The position numbers and the translations under genes were made by a program. Below, in pieces: positions 35,953-49,450 of a stretch of DNA of 64,000 nt (positions are counted from its first letter, which is position 1; each line of letters begins with the position of its first letter). The notes below the pieces were generated by a model, which worked only from the letters and a program-made list of their open reading frames with translations, was not told the DNA's origin and did no database searches. The DNA is from Eledone cirrhosa (taxonomy: Eukaryota), in assembly GCA_964016885.1 (NCBI GenBank), contig OZ024745.1, forward strand, positions 44,392,001 to 44,456,000, read 5' to 3'.

Positions 35953-38900
35953 AAAGTTAATAATGAGGTTTATTTAGACTGAAACATGTCCAGAGATGTC
36001 ACTGTACATTTAAAGATAACTTTCTACTGACTTCTATATTTGATTAATTTTAATTAAAATGTTAGGATTGTCTCCTATTTTATTTTTTTACCAAGATTAG
36101 TCATTTAAATAAAGATTGTTCTCATTACCAAGGGTGTAATTTTAGTTAAAATGTCTTAGCTTAATACGTTAAGTATGTTAATGTCCACTTTACTATTTAA
36201 ACATTAACTTACCGGACAACAGCATAACAAGCTAGATTAAAGCTTGACACATCTAAGGTACTGGACCTGTGTATTGTTCCTAAATATCCAATTGGCTAAT
36301 TCCAACCTTATGTTTACTCAAGTTTAGTTAACTAAAACTATTACACAGCTTTGCATTTAGGTTGTTTTTTTTTTTAACTTAGCACCAAGCAAAATTAGGT
36401 TTCTCACAATCATGTTTTTTTTTTTTTAAATTTATAGTTGGAATTTTCACAAAAAAACAAAAAAAACATTTATATTATAGAGATCATAAACAATGTGAAT
36501 TTGATAATATATTGAAATGCTGCAGGTATCATGTATCCTATATGTCTATTTTCTTATTAAGTCTATATATAAAGACAATTTGTATCAATTTTTACTTGAG
36601 GTTTATTATTATTTATTTTTAGTTGTACTTGTTTTGCAAGTGACTTTGAAACATTTGAAACATTGTGGTGAAACTGAAATAATTATTGTGAAACAATCGT
36701 TTTAGACATTTTTTTAACTTTTTATATTCATAGTGCCCACATTTTCATCACATTCTTGACAACCTAGTCATTGATAGTTGCGATGTGTCAGTCACAAGGT
36801 TGCAAAGTGTGTAACAAAAATTTTGGCACCATGAAATAAAAAAATAAAAAAATGAAAAGTTAATATAACAGCTTCTGGGTGTTTTTGAATGACTTTGTGG
36901 AAATGTAATTTTCTTTCCAATTATTGCTATAGTAAAAGTTATTTTGATGTGCATTGTTAGTTTTTATTTATTATAACTTTTGCATTTGTATTTATCTAGA
37001 AAATCTAAGTTTTACAATACTGCTAATTATACAGTGTGTACTTCACAATTAAGGGATTGATTTTAACTTTTCATTTTGTGTTTGTTATTCTTGTTTATGT
37101 AGCCCTAGTCAGTCTTGATTGGGTATGTAGTGATCTTAAGATCTAATGCTCCAAATATCTCAGTGGTGGATGTGGAGGTGGCTGCAGCAAGAGTTTTTAT
37201 GATGACTGCTATTTCATTTTGTACCACAATTTTAGTAAGATGGCCTTTTCTTGACTTAATGGTTTAATGTGGAAAACTTTAATTCAGACCAAATTTCACT
37301 GTTTTGTCAGTGATTTATTTATGGCCATCCTATCTGGAACACATCAGACACTATTCATATGGTTTTTTTTATCATCATTTTTATGTCCACCTTTTCATAC
37401 TAGCATGGGTTGAATGAGACTTTTTGATGAAGTTTTTCTATGGCGGCTTGCCCTTCCTGATGCTAACCTATATTTAAAAAATCTTTAAATATGGTTTATA
37501 CCATGCCTCTCCTTCATCTCTCCTGTTAGCTGCAGGACATAAACAAATGTCACTGCTTGCTTTAAATGGCATCGTAGAGAAGATGCATGGAGACACATGC
37601 ATGCATTGTGCACAAACACACACATCACTGGCCTTCTCATCAAATTCACTCACAAGGCATTGGTCATTCTTTTACACTTATCTCTGGTGCTATGCATTGA
37701 TGCTTCTGCTATTTTTATGTCTATATTGAATAGGATGTATAGTGTTCTTGTATGTATGGACCCATAACACCTGATGTAGTGACGCCATAATGATATACAG
37801 CATGTCCTGGGCATTTTAAACCTGGCAGAGCTCACCACCCTCTCTAGCTTTGAATATAGCTGATTTCGTCCAGAAGAGGAGAGAGAAGAATTGACCTCAG
37901 TATTTAACTGGTACTTCTTTTATTGACCTCGAAAAGATGAAAGGTAAAGATTATCGCAACAGGATTTGAACTCAGAAAGTTGGAATGAATACGGCAAAGC
38001 ATTCTAATTTTAGCCTTTGTTCTAATGACTCTGCCAATTTGCCACACTACAATGTCCTTAGGGTGGTGTAAAATATTTCCTGTGTGTTTTTGTTGTTTAG
38101 CTCCAGGTCAGCTCTGAATGAGTAAATTTGATTTAAGTCATTCTAGTCATGAGCATTCCATTTTTATAAGGGTGTCACATATTATATTATCTAATACATA
38201 TTGTTTCATTGTTAAATTCAGTAAGGTATGATTTAAGGGAAACTTGGTTGCTATTTCTTTTAGAGTCTTCCTTAGCCTGATGTTAAGTGTGTTTGAAGGG
38301 AATTGAAATTGTAGTCGTAGGAACTGTGATAAGCAGTTTGTGTTTTGTGTTGTTTCACCTCAGGTCAACTTTAATCTAGCAGACCTATGATCATTAATAA
38401 TCCTAGGATCATTAGTGACCTAAGATGACCTATGATCCAACCATGATTACTCTATCTTTTTGAATATCAGGAACTACACTGTCCAGTGTATGGTTCTTAA
38501 TTTAAAATGATAGTTTGAAGTGGATTTAGCTGCTATTTCTAACATGTTCAGCAACCACATAGTGGCCTCTTGTTGGTTCATATTTTATTCTTTGTGGATG
38601 TCTATGGTATCTAAAATGAGACATAATGTTCATTTTGTGAGTAGTGTAATGGTCTGTTGGTTAGAATGGATAATTTGTGAGATATACAATATTCATTTTG
38701 TGAACAGTATCATGGTCTGTTAATTAAAATGGATAGTTGGTAGATTGCTGATATCAAGAATGAGTATTTCTATTTTTTTTGTTTATTTAAATTAAAGAAT
38801 CTTAACAAGGAGTATAAACATGTAGCTTAGTCCAAGTTTAGCCTTGAGCAAGAAGACCTATAATCAAACATGTTTCAGCTATGACCTTTCTTTCCATTAA

Positions 38901-41107
38901 AAAAAAAAATGATTTCCGTAGGCATAATGATTGTAGGATTGCATTGTCCAATCTGTAATTCCTTTTTTGTTTTTATCATGGTAGGCTGTGGTTTGAGGGA
39001 GAGTTTGTTCTATTTCTAGTTTACATGTTTCTTTATTAACTCTTCCATCACTTTAAAAAATCAACCTGTTAGTTGGTTTGCTGAATAATGATAGCTACTG
39101 CACCTGACTAGATTATTGTTCCATATAAATGCCAGTCTACTTAGTGCTAGAAAATGATATAAACATCACAGTTTTACTTCGCTTATTTCATCTCTTCAAA
39201 CATGTCTAAAATATGTTGTTCATGGTAATGTTTTATGGTGGTAGTAGATGAGAAAATCACCAGAGTGGTCGACAAAATGCCTTACAGTTTTATGTTCCTT
39301 TAGCTCTTTAACATCAAGTAAAGTTTTCATTTAAAAATGAGTTTCTTAATTCAGATAGTTATAATGTCTTTACTAATGTACTTAACTGTGTAAAGAATTG
39401 CAGTAAACTAAATAAAAACATTTTTAATGAGATGCAGTCATAGTATTGTTTTGTACTTTTCAAAAATGTCATGCTAGTGTGGTTTCATGTGGTACAGGAT
39501 GTTAAGAGTTAAATTCTTAGTTCAGATCCCACCAGGTTGATTTTTGTCTCAACGGTTGATAAAAATAAGCACCAGTGAAATATTTGAGATGATTTAATCA
39601 ATACATCTCTTCCAAAATGTTTTGGCTTTGTGCCAATGTTAGAAATCATTATCTTAGTTCTTTGTGCTTATCTGATATAGCTTGCTAGCAGAAATACTGA
39701 AATTTTAAATACAAATGATGTCTGCAATGCATCTTAGGTTAAAACTGTTGCTCAATCTACTGAATGATGACAGCTACTGCATCTGATCAAGTTCTAGTTT
39801 TTCTAGGAGAGCCAGTTTACGTTGTTGTTTTCTTTCACGTCTCTCTTCTCTGTAAGCATATATGAATATTCAGAAGTAACAACCCTCAACACAAACTTTA
39901 TTTTAAACATGTCTTATACTATAATTGATTTAATGACTTATCACACACACACACACACACACGCACACACGCACATGCACACGAGAGAGAGAGACAAATA
40001 AATATAATTAAATTTTAGCTCAGAGGCTATTGAAAGGAATTTTTTTTTCAATATTTAGCAGTATATTAAGGGAAGTGATCGTTTTTTGGAAATGAAATAT
40101 ATCCAGTTAGTTCAACATTATTCAATCCTTTGCCATTTTAAGGTGTTTAAAAAAATTTTTTTTTTATTGTATATAAATCTCCTTTTTGAATCAGAAATGA
40201 CATTTTATTTTGGTATAAAATAGTTTTTATCACATCTACTAATAAACCAAATCATTTTGACCTTTTTCAGTAAAAGAAGAGGTCAGGTTGAATTTGTGGG
40301 CTTTTCATTCATAAAGAAACAACTGTTTATCAAGCAGCCTTTTAAATTTGTTAATAGATTTTCCACTTTGAAATTCTGTTATCATTTTTGCATCATAGTT
40401 TTGAAGTATTTTATAAAGCTTTTATTTAAATTAAATATAATTTTGCTTTCTGAGATTTTTCCCCATTAACCTTCTTTAGATTTTTTTTTAATGATTTATT
40501 TTAAGACATTGAATTCAAAATATCTTTTATTTAGAAGCTTAAGTTATTTTTATGATAAGCAGTCTTTAAATCAAGTCTCTTCATTTCAGATTAACATGTT
40601 TACTTTTTGTATACTGGACTAAACATAGTTAAAATGATAAGAATCGTAGCAGAATTAAAATGAAAACACAGATGTGTATTGTGTAGAAGTAATTTGATAT
40701 TAAGAACATTAGCAAAAACATGGGTACTGGCATGGCCATGTGAAGAAGTTTACTGCATAATAATGTGACCCTGGATTTTCTCCTACTACACTGAACCTTG
40801 GGCAAGTGTCTTCTACTATAACCCATTGTGTCAGTCCATTGAGTGAAAGAAACTTGTGGTGAAGCCTATTAAATAGATTGTTCTTGGATGATAAAATTTA
40901 AATTGTCACTCAGTTTAACACCATCAGCTGGACTTTGTATAGTCCATTCTTTGTAAACATTTGAAGCAGGTCTGAGGATAACTCCATATTTTTATGTGCT
41001 ACTTCCATGCAATATCATGATTTGTTCTTTACCCCTTCACCAGTCTCGGATGCCTTGCAAACAGTCATGGTTGCTGACCTTCTTCTTTAAACCATAATTT
41101 AAAATAA

Positions 41108-41294
41108 TAATTGTTTCTACTTTTGGCACAAGGCCAGCAATTATCTCAGTACATTACTGGTACTTTATTTTATCGACCCCGTAAGGATGAAAGGCAAAGT
41201 TAACCTCGGCGGGATTTGAACTCAGATCGTAAAGGGACGTAACTATTCTGGAAAGCATGTCCGACCCTCTACCGATACTGCCAATTCACCGCCC
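41108..41294 (-). mobile_element. SINE family A
   Basis: Full-length copy; older decayed copies near 1300, 19420, 24600, 33030, 34600, 37890, 39520, 55110. Confidence 0.88.
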
Positions 41295-43461
41295 TATTAT
41301 AATAATAATAATATGTGACAAGAATGGGTGTAAGTTCTACAGGAAACAGGAGTCCTGCTTAAAACTGACAGTCAACAGATTATGAATATGAAAAGTTATG
41401 TTTGTTCAGATTTGATTATTAATAAACTTAAATATTTATAAACTTTTAGATTTAACCTGGAAAATATGCTTATTGCTGTTTTCTATAAGGGTGTAAAATG
41501 TTGTAATACAATAATAACGATAGTTAGAATTGGTAGTTAACATGTACCACTTCTGTGTGTATATTGATTGATATGTCATGAGAAGTAGAGATTAACCCTG
41601 TGGGTGGGTCTGTCATCATTCAATTAAATAGATGATGATGATACTAGTTATGGTCTTCAAGGTAGCTAACAAAGACATTACTGCTGTTAAGGATTGCAGC
41701 AGGTTAACATGGCTAAATACATGGAGAGAGAGAAAGAGGGTGGTTGTCTACAACACAAATACTCAGTTTATTCTAACACTAGATTTCAGAAGCCAATCAA
41801 CGAAATAGGCAATCTACGACTGAAAGAAAACAGCTGGACTCTCTTTAAATTGTAAAAATATATATATACATAATGAAAAATAATGTCAGCAACACTATAT
41901 TTGGACTGTCATGCCTAAATATAGAAACATTTTTTACTTAATTACCATATGTATTAGTATTTAGCAGACTGATTATTGAAGAGATTGTATTTTACTTAAG
42001 TTCTTATGGAACTGTGGTAATAGTGCCTGATAAAATGCATTGTGGTATTTAGTTATGTTTTGAGTTTAAATCCTGCCAGGGACCGTAAAGTAAGTATCAT
42101 TTATATACTGTTAGTCAATCCAATTGATTGTACCGCCTCTCTATCTCCTATTATATCTGATTTTTGGTCGATGTGAGAGATCCATAATAGTTACACAGTA
42201 CTGAAAATTGTGCTCTTCAAAGCACATGATTTTTACCTTTTATATATATTGCTCTTCAACTTGTTCAAGTTTAAATGGTTTATTTTCAAATCATGATTAA
42301 ACTTATTTCAGAGACATTTAAAAAACTTACTTTGTGTTTTCTTGATATATTATTTATCAGTAACTTCAGAAAGCATATTTGTTAATAAGATTTTTAAATA
42401 ATTTCTTTATACCTCAGCATTGAATTTCATAGAACAATTTTCTTTTTCGGTGTATAAATGTATGTGGTAAGGACTATGAAGGTAAACACACGTCCACAAG
42501 TCACTTGTAATTCTTTGTTAGAGTTATTTAATTTCACTTATATCATTAATGAAAAGCATAAATACATCATCAATTATTTCCCCATCTTTCAATGCATACA
42601 TCTGGTGTTGCCAGTAAATCAAGGATTTTCATCAAAACCATTGAGATAAAGATAGTTAAAACAACAGGTGAAGCAGCCTCCATTTTAAGGCTTGGCAATC
42701 GTTTATGGCAATGCTTTGTGTGTTAATCCTCAGATTTTTAAGGGTTGATCCTATTTAACTTGTGACTGGAGAAAGGCTTTATCAATTTATCTTGTCGAGG
42801 TGTTTCTGAACTCATAGGACGTTAGAATCATTATCATCATTTTTACATCGACTTTTCCATGTTGGCATGGGTTGGACAGGACTTTTTGAGGCAATGTTTT
42901 ACAGCCGGATGTCTTTCCTAACATCAATCTTTTTAAATTGCTTCTTATGATATGCAGGGATGCAGAGTACGTATTCTAAACTGGCTGCGCACAGTTAGGA
43001 TATACATGAGAATAATAAATGTTTCCAGATTTGAACTTAGTAAAATTCTGCATTTCTAACTCCCCTGTTTAAAAGTTGTGGAAAGAACAATTGTATTGGA
43101 CTGAGCATCAATTTATCTCAGAATATCATATGTTGGGGAGCTTGTAAGACTGTAGAGAAGAAATTTTTATTTTAAAAAATTTTTTTTATATTAAAAGTCT
43201 GTTTATAGATATCTGGCACAAGGATGTTTGGAATTTAATAAATGTTTAGGTGTTGAAAAAATTCTAGTTTGTTTTGTAGGCAGGCATTTACAACTTTGGG
43301 TGTCAATAATACAAGGTGTTAATTTAAAAGGTACATTATATGTTATTTTCCTTTTAAAAAGGCTGCATTACTTGCAGTTGGATTTCACTTACATTTCCTT
43401 CCTTTTTTTTTTTTTTACTGTCAGATATGAGCTCCTTAAACATATATACACACTCCAGGTT

Positions 43462-43509
<48 letters not shown>

Positions 43510-46500
43510 CAAAAATGCATGCACTTTGTTTGGGTTTTATAAATAACGTATTCCTCTATTGTTTCCTATTTAGACTTACATCAACATAGAACAATACACC
43601 CTCTCATTAAAAACTAGCTTTTTATTATTGTCACCACTGTTTCCTCTGTTACATTGTAGCCTTCAACCAACAGCGATTGTTTGCTTCCACGCTGATAATG
43701 TGTAAATATGAAGCTTTCTTTAAAACAGTTTGTATCTTCCCTTCAACTAAATAGCTCATTCCATAAACACTCTACTCCAAAACTAAGAGCTTTCTCTTTT
43801 ATGTACTTCACACAACATGCTAAACTTGTTTCCATATTCTTCTTATATAATGCTTTAGCTCATACTTTTTCTATGTCTCTCTTTGGCCACCCATTTCTCT
43901 CTCTCTCTCTCTAAAACAACTTATGTCTTCTTGAAGTGTTTGACAACACCTGCTTCTGTTTTCTTTATTTCTTTTATTAGATTAATACCTAACTCTGGCC
44001 TAAAAACATTTAATTATTAATGAGTTTCTGTTTGATCAGTTACAAATTACAACCTGTGCATATCCTCATTATTGGGTGACTAGACAGACAATAACTATAA
44101 GACATCTTCAATAAAATATGAAAGGAAGTTAAGAGACATTATTAGATATATTGCTGAACATTATTTTCTTCCATTTAACATTATCAGAACTTCCTCAATA
44201 GGCTACAATTAGATCTTTAGAAAAGAAAGGATATTTAACAAAAACTTCCCTATTGGCTGTGATTGCCATAGGGTATGAGATAAAATACGAGCAAGATGAT
44301 TATAACCATTGATTCCTGACTGAAGTCAATTTATTTCATTTATTCCACCAATGCCTTAAAAAAATTGAAACAAAAGTTGCTAATTCCTTTCTTGAAATCA
44401 GTATTTCTTAGTAAAATAAAGGTAAGATTCTGGTGAACCATATCTGTGACGATTTCAGTTTTTGTTTGTATTTATTATACTTCCTTTATGTTGCTAATGC
44501 TCTTAAGAAATGCATGAACTTTGTGCAATCTCATTTCCTATATCATACATATCTAAAGCATGCATAAGTTTCCAATATCCTGCTACTGCCCATAGAAACA
44601 CTGATAAAGATGCTGGAGGTTATTTTGGGTTAGTACTATGTTGTCTTGTCGTATTTTGAAAGTTGATGTTACTTACACATCACAGTTGAAAGAGCTTTAT
44701 TCATGAAGTCATTCAATTGTACAAAGCACTTGTGTAATTACTCTAACCACAAACACATATATTCATTAAATGATTGTGTGTACACACACATACACACACA
44801 TTTACAGTACCACAGATTAAAAATATATGTTGTGTGCCTGTCTTCTTGGTAATTATATATGAGCAGTGAACATTGATAATATTGACAAAGGTATGATTTA
44901 TGGGGTGGGTAGAGCTGGTTGAATGTAGTGGATCTCTATTTAGAAGCTAGAATATAAGATTCAGAGAAAAGATGTTAAATGATGATTATCACACTCACAC
45001 ACACCATCATCATCATCATTGTTCCATGTCTATTTTTCATGCTTTCATGAGTTAGATGGTTTGTCATGTTTTGAGGCTAAACAGGTCAGTTGACTGTGTC
45101 TTGACTTATGTTTCATTTTGACATGGTTTCTATGGTTGGATGCCCTCCCTAAGTCAACCACTTCACAGCATGTACTGGATTTGTTTGGCAGGATGGACTG
45201 TGTGTTTTTTCCATGATACCAGCACTACCACCTTGTATACACACACATAATATACATATATGTGGATTAAATGTGTTTGTGCTTATTTGTAGTGTTTATC
45301 CTGTAATGATTTAACAGAAAATGTTTAAAAATTCAAATGTTAATTCAAATGTTTATAGCACTTATTCTAGTGGACAGATCTTTGTGAAAATTTGCTGTAT
45401 TAGAGTACAGACTTAAATTTGTTCATGTGATACTGTCACTGTGATGTTTTGTACTTTCTTAAAAATGTCTTGCTAATGCGGTTACCTGTGGTACAGGACA
45501 TTAAGAGTTATGTGGTAAGCATCATAAACTAGCACACAGTTAGGTAATTGTTTCTCCTAGAGTCTGACTGTAATTTACTTGTTTATGATTCAATACTTAA
45601 AATCCTTAGTTTTTTTTCTATTCTTGTTTATCACCACTAAACATTAAACTGTTGTTTAGGTTTGTTATTTCAGCTGGTTTTTTTTTCTGAAAGTTATAAG
45701 CTTTATTCTGTTAAATATGATGGTGGCTGTTTGTTAGATAGAGCTATAACTCAACACTAATGATTATATTATGCTCAATGTGCTCAACTCATTTGCTTTT
45801 GTGATGAAACTACTTTAATGGTCATGAGGGAAGACCTAGTTTCACTTTACCTGAGGGAACATCTACATTGACAGGTAATTGCAGTGCAACATTCACCTGT
45901 CGTTTTGGCTTCCTAGGTATTTCCGCAGAGATTATGTGTTTGTATTTTATGTGATGTAGCATGGCAACCTCTTCATTTAGTTCTAGATATAAGGCTTCAG
46001 AAAACAGTTATGTCAAGGGCACAGCAACTTTTCCAGTGTTGGTGATGTTCACGATAAATGCACCCAGTACATTCTGTAACGTGGTTGCTGATAGGAAAGG
46101 CATCTAGCAGAAGAAAACCTGCCAAACAAAGAGTCTGGAGAATTCTTCCACTGTGTTAAGGATACAGCAGCCTTCCTAGTATTGGTAACCTGATAAAATG
46201 CACCCAGTGCACTCTATAGGATGCAGGAACATGCATTGTATGCAAGCCCCTGGCCTGTCTGGGAGATTTGTAGCTTCAATTATGTACTGACTTGGTCAGT
46301 ACATGTCAAACCCTTGCTAGCTGGGAAAATAGGCATAAAATGATGGATTTTGCTTATTTATAGTGGCTCTTTTGCTTTGCATATATATATATATATATAT
46401 ATATATCTTTTTGATAGGTCATTCTTTTCTTCATTTTATGTTTAAGAATGCAGACTGATGTATTTTATTTTACTTGTTGAATCATTTGACTATCATTTCC

Positions 46501-47626
46501 TTCATTAACATAGTTTCAATTATAAATCAAATAATTGCATTCTTCTTTTAATTTATCTTGCTGATCTATGGGTTTATTGTGAAGATATTTCTTATCAACC
46601 AAAATTGTGTGTTCCTTTGATCTTTTAATAGTATTCAGTAAATTATGTTTTCTTTAAACTTCAATTAATCTTCATTGTAGATGATGGTTAACCTTGCATT
46701 ATACAATGTCTACAATTCACAAAGGGATTTTATATTTCTTTTTAAATCTATAGTGAGAAAACTAAGATTGACTTATTTACTTGAAAATTGCTTTAGTCTC
46801 ATTGCATTTCCTTTATAACTGCAAGTAAGAACAATTGTGTTATTGTATCTTCATCTGAGGTAGTATTGTTTCATTGTCAACAAGTATGTAAGAGAAACAA
46901 ATGCATAAAGAAAATCAAACATGAGGTGAAAACTTAGTGAAAGATAATTGATCACCTGACTAGAAGTCATTCATCAACATCGTCATCATCATCATCACAC
47001 ATCTGTTTCCCTGCTAGTGATGTTAAGCTATTTAGATCGCAGTCTTTGTGACTTAATATTATCGGCTTTGAAATTATTTTAACCCTCTGGGACCAAACAA
47101 CCTGAAACCACCTCCAGTCCCACAATACAAAACTGCTTATTCTAAAGTGTTTATACTTATATAAAACCCTTTCATCATAATATTATGTAAGAACCATAAG
47201 GATGCTAGAAATAGACTCTGGATTTGCAGTGGCTTTTATAAAAAATAATATACATTCAGGTGGTCTTCCTATAAGGTTCTGTATTCAGCTTATAATCTCT
47301 CTTCTTGTCTTTGAAGCATTCACAAAAATGTTTAAGGCTACCTATAATTGAAGCTTGGAAAAGTGAGCTTGTTTTAAAATAGCCTACAGTTAGTATATCT
47401 GGACTCAAGATATTCTTCTCAGTATGCAAGAAATAAATGTGCAGATATTTCATACAAACAATTGACACACAAAACCATCATCTCCATTTAATATTTATTT
47501 TCCATGCTTGCATGGGTTATACAGGCTGTTACATTGAGACCAGACAAGTCAGGTGACGACATCTTACTCATCTGCTCCATTTTTTTGGTTTGTCTTTCTA
47601 CAGTGGTATACTGTTTATAACACCAA

Positions 47627-49450
47627 CCATCTTACGGTGTGGACTGGGTGTTTTTTTTACCATGACACCAGCATTACCACCTTACAGTGTGAACTGGGTG
47701 TTTTTTTGCCATGACACCAGTATTACCACCTTACAGTGTGAACTGGGTGTTTTTTTGTCATGACACCAGCATTACCACCTTACAGTGTGGACTGGGTGTT
47801 TTTTTGTGATGACACCAGCATTACCACCTTACAGTGTGGACTGGGTGTTTTTTTGTCATGACACCAGCATTACCACCTTACAGTGTGGACTGGGTGTTTT
47901 TTTGTGATGACACCAGCATTACCACCTTACAGTGTGGACTGGGTGTTTTTTTGCCATGACACCAGCATTACCACCTTACAGTGTGGACTGGGTGTTTTTT
48001 TTTTTTGTCATGACACCAGCATTACCACCTTACAGTGTGGACTGGGTGTTTTTTTTGCCATGACACCAGCATTACCACCTTGACAGAGTGGACTGGGTGT
48101 TTTTTTGCCATGACACCAGCATTACCACCTTACAGTGTGAACTGGGTGTTTTTTTGTCATGACACCAGCATTACCACCTTACAATGTGGACTGGGTGTTT
48201 TTTTGCCATGACACCAGCATTACCACCTTACAGTGTGGACTGGGTGTTTTTTTGTGATGACACCAGCATTACCACCTTACAGTGTGGACTGGGTGTTTTT
48301 TTGTGATGACACCAGCATTACCACCTTACAGTGTGGACTGGGTGTTTTTTTGTGATGACACCAGCATTACCACCTTACAGTGTGGACTGGGTGTTTTTTT
48401 GCCATGACACCAGCATTACCACCTTACAGTGTGGACTGGGTGTTTTTTTTTTTGTCATGACACTAGCATTACCACCTTACAGTGTGGACTGGGTGTTTTT
48501 TTTTGCCATGACACCAGCATTACCACCTTGACAGAGTGGACTGGGTGTTTTTTTGCCATGACACCAGCATTACCACCTTACAGTGTGGACTGGGTGTTTT
48601 TTTGTCATGACACCAGCATTACCACCTTACAGTGTGGACTGGGTGTTTTTTTGTCATGACACCAGCATTACCACCTTACAGTGTGGACTGGGTGTTTTTT
48701 TGTCATGACACCAGCATTACCACCTTACAATGTGGACTGGGTGTTTTTTTGTCATGACACCAGCATTACCACCTTACAGTGTGGACTGGGTGTTTTTTTG
48801 CCATGACACCAGCATTACCACCTTACAGTGTGGACTGGGTGTTTTTTTGTCATGACACCAGCATTACCACCTTACAGTGTGGACTGGGTGTTTTTTTGTC
48901 ATGACACCAGCATTACCACCTTACAGTGTGGATTGGGTGTTTTTTTGCCATGACACCAGCATTACCACCTTACAGTGTGAACTGGGTGTTTTTTTGTCAT
49001 GACACCAGCATTACCACCTTACAGTGTGAACTGGGTGTTTTTTTGTCATGACACCAGCATTACCACCTTACAATGTGGACTGGGTGTTTTTTTGCCATGA
49101 CACCAGCATTACCACCTTACAGTGTGGACTGGGTGTTTTTTTGTCATGACACCAGCATTACCACCTTACAGTGTGGACTGGGTGTTTTTTTGTCATGACA
49201 CCAGCATTACCACCTTACAGTGTGGACTGGGTGTTTTTTTGTCATGACACCAGCATTACCACCTTACAGTGTGGACTGGGTGTTTTTTTGCCATGACACC
49301 AGCATTACCACCTTACAGTGTGGACTGGGTGTTTTTTTGTCATGACACCAGCATTACCACCTTACAGTGTGGACTGGGTGTTTTTTTGTCATGACACCAG
49401 CATTACCACCTTACAGTGTGGACTGGGTGTTTTTTTTCTGCCATGGCACC
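47627..49450. repeat. Minisatellite, about 37 copies of a 49-bp unit derived from a SINE
   Basis: Head-to-tail unit catgacaccagcattaccaccttacagtgtggactgggtgtttttttg(t/c), nearly identical copies, no spacers. Confidence 0.97.

Noticed and set aside
45900-45940. tcctag|gtattt as a recursive splice site or 19-nt microexon
   Set aside because: Weak donor and short pyrimidine tract; such matches are expected by chance in a 20-kb intron.
47627-49450. CRISPR-like array or repetitive coding ORFs
   Set aside because: The units are contiguous with no unique spacers, there are no cas genes, the context is a eukaryotic intron, and the 49-bp unit breaks frame.
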